A DNA stretch of 64,000 nucleotides from Paraspadella gotoi. Taxonomy: Eukaryota > Animalia > Chaetognatha. The DNA is taken from contig CM119264.1 of the NCBI GenBank assembly GCA_051294375.1, positions 28,810,696 through 28,874,695 of the forward strand. The letters are read 5' to 3'. Positions 1 to 21,092 of the stretch are shown piece by piece. Made by a program: the position numbers and the translations under genes. Within the stretch, counting starts at the first letter, position 1, and every line of letters starts with the position of its first letter. The notes below the pieces were generated by a model. That model saw only the letters and a list, made by a program, of their open reading frames with translations. It was not told where the DNA came from and did no database searches.

Positions 1-283
1 TTTTGGTTGTAAATCAAAAGTTAGTTTGAAATGTGTAATTTTAATCGAGATGTTAATTAGAGGAAAGTTTGCACTTGTATTCTAGCTTATTGAATTATTG
101 AATTTTATTAGAATTTGATATAAATTAAGAAAATTAAGTTAGTACATTTTGTGATTTTTTTTCCAATAAGGTGTTGCCGTCTCAAGGATAGCATAATACA
201 TTTTTGAAGAATTAATTGATGAATTTTCAATTTAATTATTGATTAATTTTTTGAATTAATTAGTCAATTTTTTAAAGACTTAC

Positions 284-10337
<10,054 letters not shown>

Positions 10338-10351
10338 GGTGAAGAGGGGAG

Positions 10352-10441
10352 ACGATCGTCGTGGATTTTAATGGAGATCGTCGTGGATTTTAATGGCGAT
10401 CGCCGCGGATTTTAATGGCGATCGTCGTGGATTTTAATGGC
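10352..10441. repeat. ~22-bp tandem repeat, 4 copies (GATCGTCGTGGATTTTAATGG)
   Basis: Directly visible. Confidence 0.85.
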
Positions 10442-10517
10442 AATATGCATTAAGGTTGTTACCGATCCGGAGACCTGGTTGTAGCGCGTCTCGGAAAAGG
10501 GCTTGGCCGGATTTCTA

Positions 10518-10792
10518 GAGGCTTTGCTCTGCGTGGAGAGGCTCGACCTCGCTAAAAAGAGGCTCTGCCCTGCGCTGAAAGGTTCGGCCCCTTAAGAAAA
10601 GGCTTTGCCCTGCGCGGAGAGGCTCGTCCCCGAAAAAAAAGGTTCTGCCCTGCGCTGAAAGGTTCGGCCCCTTAAGAAAAGGCTTTGCCCTGCGCGGAGA
10701 GGCTCAACCCCACAAAAAAAGGCTCTGCCCTGCGCTGAAAGGTTCGGCCACTTAAGAAAAGGCTCTGCCCTACGCGGAGAGGCTCGGCTCCG
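10518..10792. repeat. Dimeric ~39/78-bp tandem repeat
   Basis: Alternating GGCTCTGCCCTGCGCTGAAAGGTTCGGCCCCTTAAGAAAA and GGCTTTGCCCTGCGCGGAGAGGCTC units, about 7 half-units. Confidence 0.88.
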
Positions 10793-11936
10793 CGAGCAGC
10801 AGGACCGGCCTTTCCCTCCGCGAAGGGAGAAGGCGATGACCCGTTTCAACTCAAGTCATCCTCTTCGTTTTGTTTTGTTTCGATATAAAAAGAAAAAAAA
10901 ACAAAGACTCCCTCGAAACGAAAATGATGTTTCGTTTATTTTTGGGTTTTTATTTGTGTTTTATTTTCGCCGATGAAAAAAGAAAAGAATTGATCCAGGA
11001 TGAGAAATCGAAGAATGAGTTTAACCTTTTGTCAAAAGTTTTGACTAGATCATTTCTGACACCTTGAAATTCTTCTTTATATATTTCGTGCCTCCGTTTG
11101 TTTTTTTTTTTTTGGTTTTCTTAGAATCGACTTATTTTTCTTTTTCTTTTCTTTCCACTTTAAGTTTAACTTTTTTCTTTCTTTCTTCGTTACGGTGGGC
11201 GTTGACAAGTTCGTGCGAAAATTGATGAACTTCTGTATCAAAGTCTTAAAGATCAAAATGGGTCAGAAATCAATAAAAAAAAGTCAAAACGCTTTTTTAA
11301 GAACCCAAATATAAAAAATACGTTTGTGGAAATCAACACCTAATTAGTTGAGCTGAGAAATTGACGATCCAGAGGTCAGATCAAGTTGCAAAAAAGAAAC
11401 TTTGCTAAACAACTCTTTTGGCTCGGAATGATATGTTTTCACTTCAACCCTTTATAATCTTACATATATTAGTTTGAACTAATATAAAAGTATAAAAAAT
11501 AAAAATAAAACAAATAAATAAAAAGTGTTCCGGACGAACCCGTTCGAACACACGACGACGACGACGACGACGAAGACGACGAAAGGGACACCATGGCTTC
11601 GCCTCCGCCTGATTCCGCCTCATGAAATATCGCATGTCATCTTTAAAAAGGAAATCGATGAGTTAAAAGACTTTGTCGTTGAGTTTAATGTAGTTTAGAG
11701 ATTTTTATATATTTTCCCTTTTAATAATAACAGTGAATCGTTAAACAAAGCGAAGAGATTAACTTCGTACGAATTTTCCTTTTTTCTCTTTTTTTTTTAA
11801 GTTTTCTTCTTCTTGACAGGTATTACCTTTTTTCTATTACAGTATACACTCCCGATTTGTTCCTGCAGATTTCGTTTTCGTTTCTATCAGATTTTAGTCT
11901 TTTGTCTCTAACTCGCATCGCTTTACACAAAATAGC

Positions 11937-13420
11937 AACGTAGAGTTCAAATCCACAAGAATTTTTTGCAAAGCAGGACATTTTGTATGTAAATGTATGT
12001 TCCGACTTCAACTACCAAAGAAAAAAATTAGCATATCATCATAAAAGAAACAAAATTGTTGTTTCAATTATATGTCGCTCTCTCTCTCTCTCTCTCTCTC
12101 TTTTTCTCAGTCCCTGTCTATTCTGATTAAAAATAAAAATAAAAGACAATGAAAAATTTATCCTGAGCACTAAAGCGTAGTAAAAATTATAAATTTAACT
12201 TTATTTAAAATTCTAAAAGTGAGGAACGAACAACATTATACTAATGAATATTTCTGTATAAAAAAATTTAATAAGTATTTTAATTATTTTAATTACAATT
12301 TACTCAGTAGGCCATATTTATATATAGTACAAATCCAATAAATGGTAAAATTTCAAAATAATTTTTTTGTAATTTTTTTTGCAGATTTGGATTCGTCATT
12401 AAAAGTTGATATAAAGAAATATAACTCTTTTTTAAAAATATCAGAAAAACCTATATTTTAAGCTGAAAATAAAAATTTTATATGTTAAATATAGTTTTTT
12501 TTTTAATTTTTAACCCACTTAAGAAAAAGGGTCATTCAATTCAAATTCAAAATAGGCCAAAATGGAGTACAAATTCAGAAAGCTGAGCTCCTGGCGATTC
12601 CGAAAATGTATTCACTTTAAACATTTGATGCATTCTACCCCATTTTATATCGTTTTTAATTATAATATAAAATAAAAGAAACCTATCTGAAGAGTTGCAG
12701 GTCAAACGAAAAGGCCAATCCATCTGATATTTTTTATGAATTTTTTATTACTGAATTAGAAAAATGTAATAGAGAGACATTTTTAAATTTCAACTTGTAT
12801 CCTTGAAAATGAAACGTTTTTAAACTTTAACCCTGAATTCTTTCTCACTGGAACACGTTTATCAAAATGTCTCTCTATTACATTTTTACAAATGTTTTTA
12901 AGATTGCTAATCAAATTTTTAATTCAATATTATTGCAGTCGTTTAGGCTGCAACTCTTCAAATTCAGTGTAGATTCTTTGTAGCTCGAATTTCTTTAACA
13001 TCTTTTTAACTGAAGATTTTGTTCATGACTGGAAAACCAACAAAGTAACGAGATTAATTGTTTAATTCTCCCCTTTTAAACTAACCCATACCGTGTTTTA
13101 ACTTCTTACCTAGAATTTTTTAAAACCAGATTGAAAAAACAAATCTTTAAAAAATGTGCTTACCCATTTAACTTTACAATTTTGTTATTTATCAATTTAA
13201 AAAAAATGATTAAAAACTGAATGTTTACATATAAATAAAAACTTATTTTTTTGTGATTACTGATGATTAGAATGTATTTATGGATTTATTAGCTCTAATG
13301 CATCAATGATTACGTATTGTTATGCTGAATGACCTTTCCTCTTAATAAAAGAATTTTTAAAAATGATTTATATTTTCTTTTATCAACAAAAAAAGTGAGA
13401 GAGAAAGAGAAAGAGAGAGA

Positions 13421-13451
<31 letters not shown>

Positions 13452-13572
13452 AGGGAGAAAGAGAGAGTTAACAATAAAGATTTTGAGAAAGACACAGTGG
13501 TTAAAGTTGAGGACAGGGTAAGTTTAGACCAGAGAGAGAGAGAGACAGATATTGAAAAAAAATTTGGTGTAG

Positions 13573-13626
<54 letters not shown>

Positions 13627-13820
13627 GAGAAGCAGTGAAGGCAAAGGCAAATTTATACATTTATGTAATGTACAACAATGAAACATAAACAAACTTTTTC
13701 TCTAACTAGCTTCGCTTTAAACAAAATAACAACGTAGAGTTCAAATCCACTAGAATTTTTTTGCACAGCAGGGCTCAAAGAAGCATTTTGTATGTAAATG
13801 TATGTTCCGACTTAAACTAC

Positions 13821-13822
<2 letters not shown>
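11937..13822 (+). repeat. Pair of ~85-95 bp direct repeats (about 11937-12021 and 13731-13824)
   Basis: AACGTAGAGTTCAAATCCAC...CATTTTGTATGTAAATGTATGTTCCGACTT..AACTACCAAAGA is present twice. Confidence 0.8.
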
Positions 13823-13873
<51 letters not shown>

Positions 13874-14225
13874 CGAAAGAGCGAGAGAGCGAGAGAGCGA
13901 GCGAGAGCATGCGAAAAAACCGGCTCCCGAATCCTCATCATAATCATAAAATCTAAGTCAGATTCGTCGCTCGTTTTATCTTTCAACTCAATTTCAGGTT
14001 CGTTTTTTTTTTTATCGATAAAACTAAAAACAAAAAACAAACTAGTTCATTAAAAAAACTTGTTTGGATTTGGTTTTCCGAGTCTTTGAAAAACAAACGT
14101 TCAGAAATATCACTCATTTATTAGTTTTAGGTGCTTTTTAAAAAATATTAAATTCATAGAAGAGGAAATAATTGTTGACATACTACAATTTCTATAAAGT
14201 TGATTCTTTGTTTTTCAGAATCATC

Positions 14226-15692
14226 ATGACCACGCCGGCGTCAGATCGCTCCGCACCCGACGGCGGCGCCTCCGCTTGGCTGGCGGCGACGGCGCTGGCC
14301 TTCTGGCATCTTGTCTTTGCCATCGTCGACAAATCCTACGGCGTTGTCCTCATCGAGTTTCGATCGGCCTTTCCCGGCGCCACCGAAGCGTCGTTAGCAG
14401 GCATCGGGTCAGTCACCATGTGCCTCACCTTTCTAATGGCGCCAGTAGCATCGGCGCTCATCGATCGCGGGTTCACGGCACGTCGCGTCATTCTCGTAGC
14501 CGCACTGTTTATCGTCTTTGGCGCCATTAGCTCCGCCTTTGCCAATTCAGTGACCTTACTCTACCTTACCTTTGGCTTCATGATTGGCATTGGGGCCGGA
14601 CTGAGTTTCAACGCAGCTTACGTCTCTGTTGGTCAATATTTTGAGCGACGACTACCGGTTGCCATGGGGATCGCCTTTTTTGGCGGAGGCGTTGGTGGTG
14701 CTGTTATGTCACCGCTTATTGAGTATTTGGAGGAGGAGTTTGGGCTCAAATGGACATTGATCCTCATTGGCGGAATTTGTACAAACATCTTTGTCGTCGG
14801 CATGATGATACGTCCTTTACAAGGTCGGCATGGTTGCGCACAAACGATTGTAGATTTAAAAAAGGATGGCGATTGTTTGGAAGCCACTACGTTGGTTGAA
14901 TATGAAAATTATGTGCAAGAACGGATGGAGTTTCAAGAAACCAATTCAGAATTTCCTCCGATTCATGATGGTTCCAAAAAGTTATTTTTGAAAACCGCTG
15001 ATGCAGAATGGAAACCAATGCCACGCAAAATCTCGACCAACGCATTTCTCCCCGACGATGAACGACAAAAACCAATTCTATTTTCAGGTTTCAACTTCTC
15101 TGTTCTTCTCGACCCAATTTTCCTCCTCTTCCTCCTCCATCAGCTGATCTCAGTGCCCTGCGCTTATTGGTCCTACGTCTACTTGCCCAGTTTGGCGATA
15201 GAAAGGGGCGTTTCCAAGATGGCCGCCGCCGTGACAGTGTCTTACGTCTTCCTCGCTCAGATCTTTGCTCTGCCATTGGCCGGCGCCGCGATGAACACCG
15301 CGCCACTTCGCCGCTGGTGGCGCTTCATCGCCATCGCCAATTTAGTGACGCTTGGCGCTGCCGACTTCGCCGTCATCTTTGCTTCATCCAATGTCCACTT
15401 CATCGTTTACGCCATCGCTCATAGCGTCGCCTTTAGCGTCTCCATCGTCATGCGCGTTCCTTTGATGACGAACCTTTCCAGCAGGGAGGACTTGACAAGC
15501 CGCTTGGGATGTCTCAATTTTTTTATCGGCGTTGGTTTAGTGGCGATGCCAATGGCATCAGCCGCTGTCGTCTATACCTGGGAAGAATATTCCAGTGTAT
15601 TTTATTTTCACTGCGCCGCTCAGGCAACGGCGGCAGGGCTGCTGCTGCTGGCCAGCGCGTTGAAGCCGATTTGGCTTCCACCAACCGATTGA
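14226..15692 (+). CDS. SLC16 / monocarboxylate transporter-family MFS protein (intronless CDS, ~488 aa)
   Basis: Single ORF from ATG 14226, just after the acceptor TTTTCAG ending at 14218. Has the APDGGxxAW N-terminal motif, YFERRLPVAMGIA after TM4, about 12 hydrophobic segments and a long central loop. Confidence 0.88.
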   Translation: MTTPASDRSAPDGGASAWLAATALAFWHLVFAIVDKSYGVVLIEFRSAFPGATEASLAGIGSVTMCLTFLMAPVASALIDRGFTARRVILVAALFIVFGAISSAFANSVTLLYLTFGFMIGIGAGLSFNAAYVSVGQYFERRLPVAMGIAFFGGGVGGAVMSPLIEYLEEEFGLKWTLILIGGICTNIFVVGMMIRPLQGRHGCAQTIVDLKKDGDCLEATTLVEYENYVQERMEFQETNSEFPPIHDGSKKLFLKTADAEWKPMPRKISTNAFLPDDERQKPILFSGFNFSVLLDPIFLLFLLHQLISVPCAYWSYVYLPSLAIERGVSKMAAAVTVSYVFLAQIFALPLAGAAMNTAPLRRWWRFIAIANLVTLGAADFAVIFASSNVHFIVYAIAHSVAFSVSIVMRVPLMTNLSSREDLTSRLGCLNFFIGVGLVAMPMASAAVVYTWEEYSSVFYFHCAAQATAAGLLLLASALKPIWLPPTD

Positions 15693-16288
15693 TTGTTTTT
15701 CTTTAGATATAGAAATAAAAAAAAATTTGGAACCTCTCACGTTTCTATATTTAGTTATTAGTACTTCGTCTTAGGTAATGATAATTTTACTCACCTAAAA
15801 CACCGAGATTAATAGTAAAAGCGATATTATAGAAATGTTTGGAAACCCTGACCCTAAGTGGCCGATCTCAATAAATCGAAAAGGACCATGTAAAAACTAA
15901 AAAGATTTTATTGTCACAATTTATTTAGAGGATAAAAAAAAATTAAAATAAAAACTATGACAGCAAAAACAGAATCGTTGCCAGGTTAAAAATATCACTG
16001 ACCGATTAAATTATTTCTATTTGGAATTTAAATTTTTTTGTAAACAAAAACATGTCCCCTTATTTTAGGCTTTATTAAATTTGTTTTTTTTATTTTTCTC
16101 TTCTTCTTCTTCCTCTACTTTCCATCAGTCATAATCTGCCGCTCTAATCTAAGCCTCAATTTCTTCCACATCCTCCTCCTCATCTCTCTTCTTCCTCCTC
16201 CTCCTCCTCCTCATCTCTCTTCTTCCTCCTCCTCCTCCTCATCTCTCTTCTTCCTCCTCCTCCTCAATTCTCTTCTTCCTCCTCCTCC

Positions 16289-19200
16289 TCATCTGCCTCT
16301 CATCCTCCCCTCTTCCTCTTTCTCCTCCCTCAACGAAGTCAGCACAGTCTCTTTCTCTAATCTCGTATCGAATCCAGTTTCGATCGCGTCATTGACCTTC
16401 TGCAATAAAGCATCCGAGGCTCCTCTCTCCCTCGATCGACGCTTGGGTGCGGCGGCGGCAGCGGCGGCGGCGGCGGCGGCGGCGGCGTCTTGTTTCGCCG
16501 CCAACGTGATGGAGGAGGATTCTCCGATGGCGAAGGAAGGTCCGTGACTCTGGACGACCGCGTGACTTTTGGACAAGCGTTTCTTCGTCGAAGAAGACGA
16601 CGACGATAACGACGACTTCGACGACGACGACTTTGAAGACGATGATAACGTCTTTGACGACGACGACGACGACGAAGGCGCCGACGCCAAGGATCCCGAT
16701 GACGATCCAGACGCCAACTTTGAAGATTCCACTCCGCCGGCCAAAGCGACTTTTCCCGCCATAACTTTTGCTTTCTCCATCTCTTGATCTTCATCTCCGT
16801 CGTCGAACGGACTGACGACATCGTTGGGGATGAGATCCGCGGCCGCCGACCTTCGAGGATCTCCTTTCTTCACATCGACCTTCGCATTTTCCCGTCGACG
16901 TAACGAATCCACAGAATCGATCCAAAGTTGCTGAGCCTCGTGATCCATCACGGATCGATCCACATTGTTCACAGTTGCTAGGAGATTTCGCAATGCGTCA
17001 TTGGTCGCCGAGTTGCTCCGAGAGTTGGCTAACACATTGCCGAAGCGATCGCGCGACGTCTTTAAAGCCTTTGAACCTTTCGTGGATAAAATGTGCTTAC
17101 GTTCGCTCGGGCGACGATTCGAAGCGACTCCATCTTGGGAGTGACCATTTAATGCCGCGCCGTCTATCGTGCGTCGATTGTAATTAACTCCGTCGTCCGC
17201 ATGCAAAGATCGACCAACGTCGGTCCTCAGTTTCGTCGGCAAATCGTTTACCGAATGCTGATTCGCTAAGACTCGTCGTTTTTCTCCTCTTCCATTTTCG
17301 AATCTCCTATTAACTTGGACTCCATTCGGTAAATGTCGACTCGCCAATCTATTCATCGATCGCCTTCCTCCTAAATTCCCGTCCGCGGGTCGGCGATCCG
17401 CCGAGTTGCCTTCTCCTCCTCCTCGTCGTCCTTCGAACGGCCCGTCCACCAAATGATGCGCGACCGAGATCCGATTCGCCAAACGACGCTCGCCGACGGT
17501 CTCGGCCCCAGCCGCCAGCCGTTTGCCGGACAACGCCGATTTCTCGGTCGTCGTTCCGAACGGCGTCGCCGGATCCTCGTCCATTTCTTCCCTCGCGTTC
17601 GGGAGGACTCTTCCGTCGACGTGAGCGCCGATGCCGACCACGGAGCCGGTCGTCTTCTGAAGAGGCCTTTGAGTTTTGCTAAGGGAGCTGGTCTTAAGAT
17701 TATCATCGGGATATTCCGCGCGGGTTTGGTCATTGCTTTCTTTGCCGGGAAACTCGGCTCCGGTGCCGATAAGGTCTTCGTCGTAGGGGCCGACTTCGCC
17801 CGCGGCTCGGACTGGAGCGGGGCCCGAGTGATCCGTCACTGTAAAATGAGAAAAGCGGCGTGTTTAACAGTTTAAAAACTGTTAATCATTCGACTTTCTA
17901 CGAAAACGCCACTTAACAAACTCTTACTACCTTATTTCTTTTCTTTTCTTATCATAACTTGCCAAACTCACCCTCTTGCCGCTATTCCTCTTCCACCTAA
18001 CTCACCCTCTTGCTGCCACACCCCCTGCGGTCCATTCCGCTTGAGCTTGTGCGGTTGAACCGATATCGTCTTCTCAGAGGAGACGGCGATGGAAGCGACG
18101 GAGACGACGCTGATAACGACGACGGTTGCCACGGCAACGGCGACGCAAGAAAAGGACATCCGATCGAGGATGACGTTGGCCGAGGAACCGGAGACTGAGA
18201 AGAAGGGAAAAAAAGGAGGTAAAAAGAATATAAAAAGGAAAAAATAAAATTGAGATAGTAAGATAGTTATAAAAGAAAGTTAAAAAATGAAAAAAGGGAG
18301 ATAAAAAAAAAAGGTAGAAAGAATTAAAGAAGAAACATTGCGAATAAAATTTGTTGTTCTACTTAATCTCATTCGCACATTGTCGTAATTTTAATTTACG
18401 CTTTAAAAAATAAAATTTTGTTTATTTTTTTAGTTTTTTTGCTATCATTTGTTATCAGTACATAATAATATTGAATTATTATTCAATTCAATTCACCTGT
18501 TTTATTATTAAACTCACTGCTATTCCCGATGTTGTTTCGATTTCCGTTCCGAATGCTGTCCACTTCCGCCAAACTCTCGTAACCGAAAGTCTCATCGCTC
18601 GACGCCACCTCCGTCCGATCCTCGAAAGGCGGCGCTATCTGGGCCGGCATCTCCCATCCGGTGCTGAGCGCCGCGGATCTCGGCGCCGTGGGCGACGCCG
18701 GTCTGGAGGTGCTGGTAGTTCCACGAAAACGACGCCAAGCCGTCACTGTTGGCGCCAACAGGGAAACAAATATATTGGTTGTACCAATTTCATAGCTTTT
18801 AAATCTAAATTTTATATTATTTTAGAATATATGTATTGTTTGACAAATAAAATGGCAGGTAAATTAACTCGTTTTTTAAATCATTTGTTTTTATGATCGT
18901 CATTGTGTTCACGATCATAGAATCGTTACATTAACGAGACTTAGAGAGAGTGGAAAAGTTTTATATTGGTTGTACCAATTTCATATGCATCCTTAAATCA
19001 AAATCATGATAAAGACTTTTAAAGACTTTTAGAAAGACTTTTAACTCGTTAATCTGAATTTATATTTGAATATTTTTAATTTGTTTAAATTTTTCTGACC
19101 AGACGCGTTTTTCGTATCCGACAACTTTTGCGTAAATCGACTCCAAAGAGATTTTTCTTTCTTTTTCGTCTCTTCTTTCTTTTCCTCTTCCTCCTCCTCC

Positions 19201-19439
19201 TCCTCCTCCTCTCCTTCCTCCAACATCGGCTCGCCAGACTTCATCGTCAGCAGCGAAACGGAGCTGGGATCTCTGCGGACCGCGCCGCCGACGCGACTAG
19301 CGGTGCCGACATGACTCGCAGTGCCGACCCGGCTGGCAGTGCCGACCCGGCTCGCAGTCCCGACGCGGCTCGCAGTCCCGACGCGGCTCGCGGGTCCGCT
19401 ACGCCAACTTTTCATTGTTTGCGTCGAGAAATTTGGCAT
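16289..19439 (-). CDS. Uncharacterised ~768-aa low-complexity, probable single-pass membrane protein
   Basis: Exons 19439-19100, 18745-18518, 18194-18006 and 17838-16289 join in frame through phase-1 GT-AG introns. Features are N-terminal (ASRVGT)-like hexad repeats, poly-E, one hydrophobic segment (FSCVAVAVATVVVISVVSVASIAV), and a Ser/Ala-rich C-terminus. Confidence 0.7.
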
Positions 19440-19904
19440 CGTCACGTGATCGACGCCATGTCGAGCTCTCGATCTGCGATGATCATTTGTTTAAACCTTT
19501 CGATAATCATATAAAAACATATATAGTGTATAATAATTACATGAATATAGAGAAAAATAAAAATAGGGTATATATAGAAATACATGGATATTCTTTTTGA
19601 CTATTCAGTAGTTTAACCCACTTTCTCCCGTTGCCTTTTGTTGACTAAATCGCGGACGATTCTACGCGTAGGCAGCGACTCATAGTTCGAGCGGAGAAAA
19701 CCGTAAGCGAAAAAAACAAAACTGCATTTTAAAGCTGAGAGAAGTCACGAAATTTGAATCGCGATGAAATGCACGGATAATTATAGAGATGAGATTTAAG
19801 TTAAAAGTTTTACCGTGAGTAGGATTTGAAAATTTCTGAAAGAAATTGATGAAAAAAGGCTTTTTAAAGGCGTACACAGTTTGAAGATTACGGTAGATTA
19901 CGGA

Positions 19905-20165
19905 TTAAGGGAGTGGTCTTTTCATACAATTGAAACATTCTTTGAACTATTTTCCACTTCATTGATAGGGAAGCCAGGTACTCTGGGAGTGAATAAACGA
20001 GACTGTGAGAGAGTCTTGATTGAAAGCTTGCAGGGACCTGCTATGTCATTATCTTGTAAGAGTGATGGAGGCCTTAAACCACCAAAGCCTGTCCAAAGTC
20101 AGGAGCAAGATAGCTTATTTATTAAATGAATGGATAATTTTTATATTGGTTGTACCAATTTCATA
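19905..20165 (-). mobile_element. ~260-bp dispersed non-autonomous repeat with terminal hairpin (full-length copy)
   Basis: Near-identical reverse complement of 56743-57002; ends in ATTGGTTGTACCAATTTCAT. Confidence 0.85.
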
Positions 20166-21092
20166 ACATTTTTACTTTATTAACTAACTTTTTAAACTCG
20201 GTCATTATAAGACTTTCTTTTGTAAGAAAGAAAATAATGAGTTGGAATATTTAAATAAATTAAGCAATAAATATTTTCGTATCCCTGTTTGCCAATAGAG
20301 TTTCTTTAAAAGGAAAAGTCATTGTCAGATCTATAATTTTCTTTGTCCGATAGAATTCATAGTGAATAACAATGCAGACACGAAAGCAACATTTATGTAT
20401 GTAAACCTTTGTTTGTAAACATCGGGCCAACATTCAAAGTTTTTTTGTTAAATTACCTAAAGAGTTAAATTTTGTTAGTCGGTTTTTTTTTGTTAGCAAT
20501 TCAAATCCTAAAACGTGGCAGTGTTCATGCCGAGTCTCAAAGCGTGACAAAAAAAAGCAGATTGTGACCAAGTACTATTCGGGGCAAGTTCTTTAAATGT
20601 TGGGAGCGCTACGTGACAGTTAAAAACGTGACAATTCCCTTTTATTGTCACGTTTTAAATAATTTCTTCTCGTTAAAAACCAAAATACTTATTTTTAAGT
20701 GATTGCATGTAGACTTCAGAGATCGGCAATCTTAAGAACGATTCAAAATCAATTAATAAAATAATTAACAAAAATCTCTTGCCCTTCCTAAATATATCAC
20801 TGCGACAATCCAAAAAAAAATAAAATAAAATAATTGGGTTCCCCAAATATCTTAAAAACTGAAACGACACGAGAATTCAATTAAAAAACCGACAAATACT
20901 ACTACAATTCGATAATTCGGAACACGGGGGGAAAAAATGGTAAATATTGTTTCAGACTCTCAGTCCATGTTTTGTTTTTTTTTATCATCGCAAATGTTCA
21001 TGTTGTAAAGAACCCAAAAGAATAGTTCGGTTTGTCGGTTAGTATCTGCTTAGGCAGTTGCGTCGGCAGCTGCGTCGACACAGAGTCGGCAG

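Noticed and set aside
10518-10792. CRISPR-like regular repeats (also 62183-62454)
   Set aside because: Head-to-tail tandem repeats without unique spacers, in a eukaryotic context with no cas genes.
19881-20129. ORF sharing the DCERVLIES...CKS.GGLK peptide with the ORF at 58183-58755
   Set aside because: The similarity comes from the non-coding dispersed repeat, not from a conserved protein.
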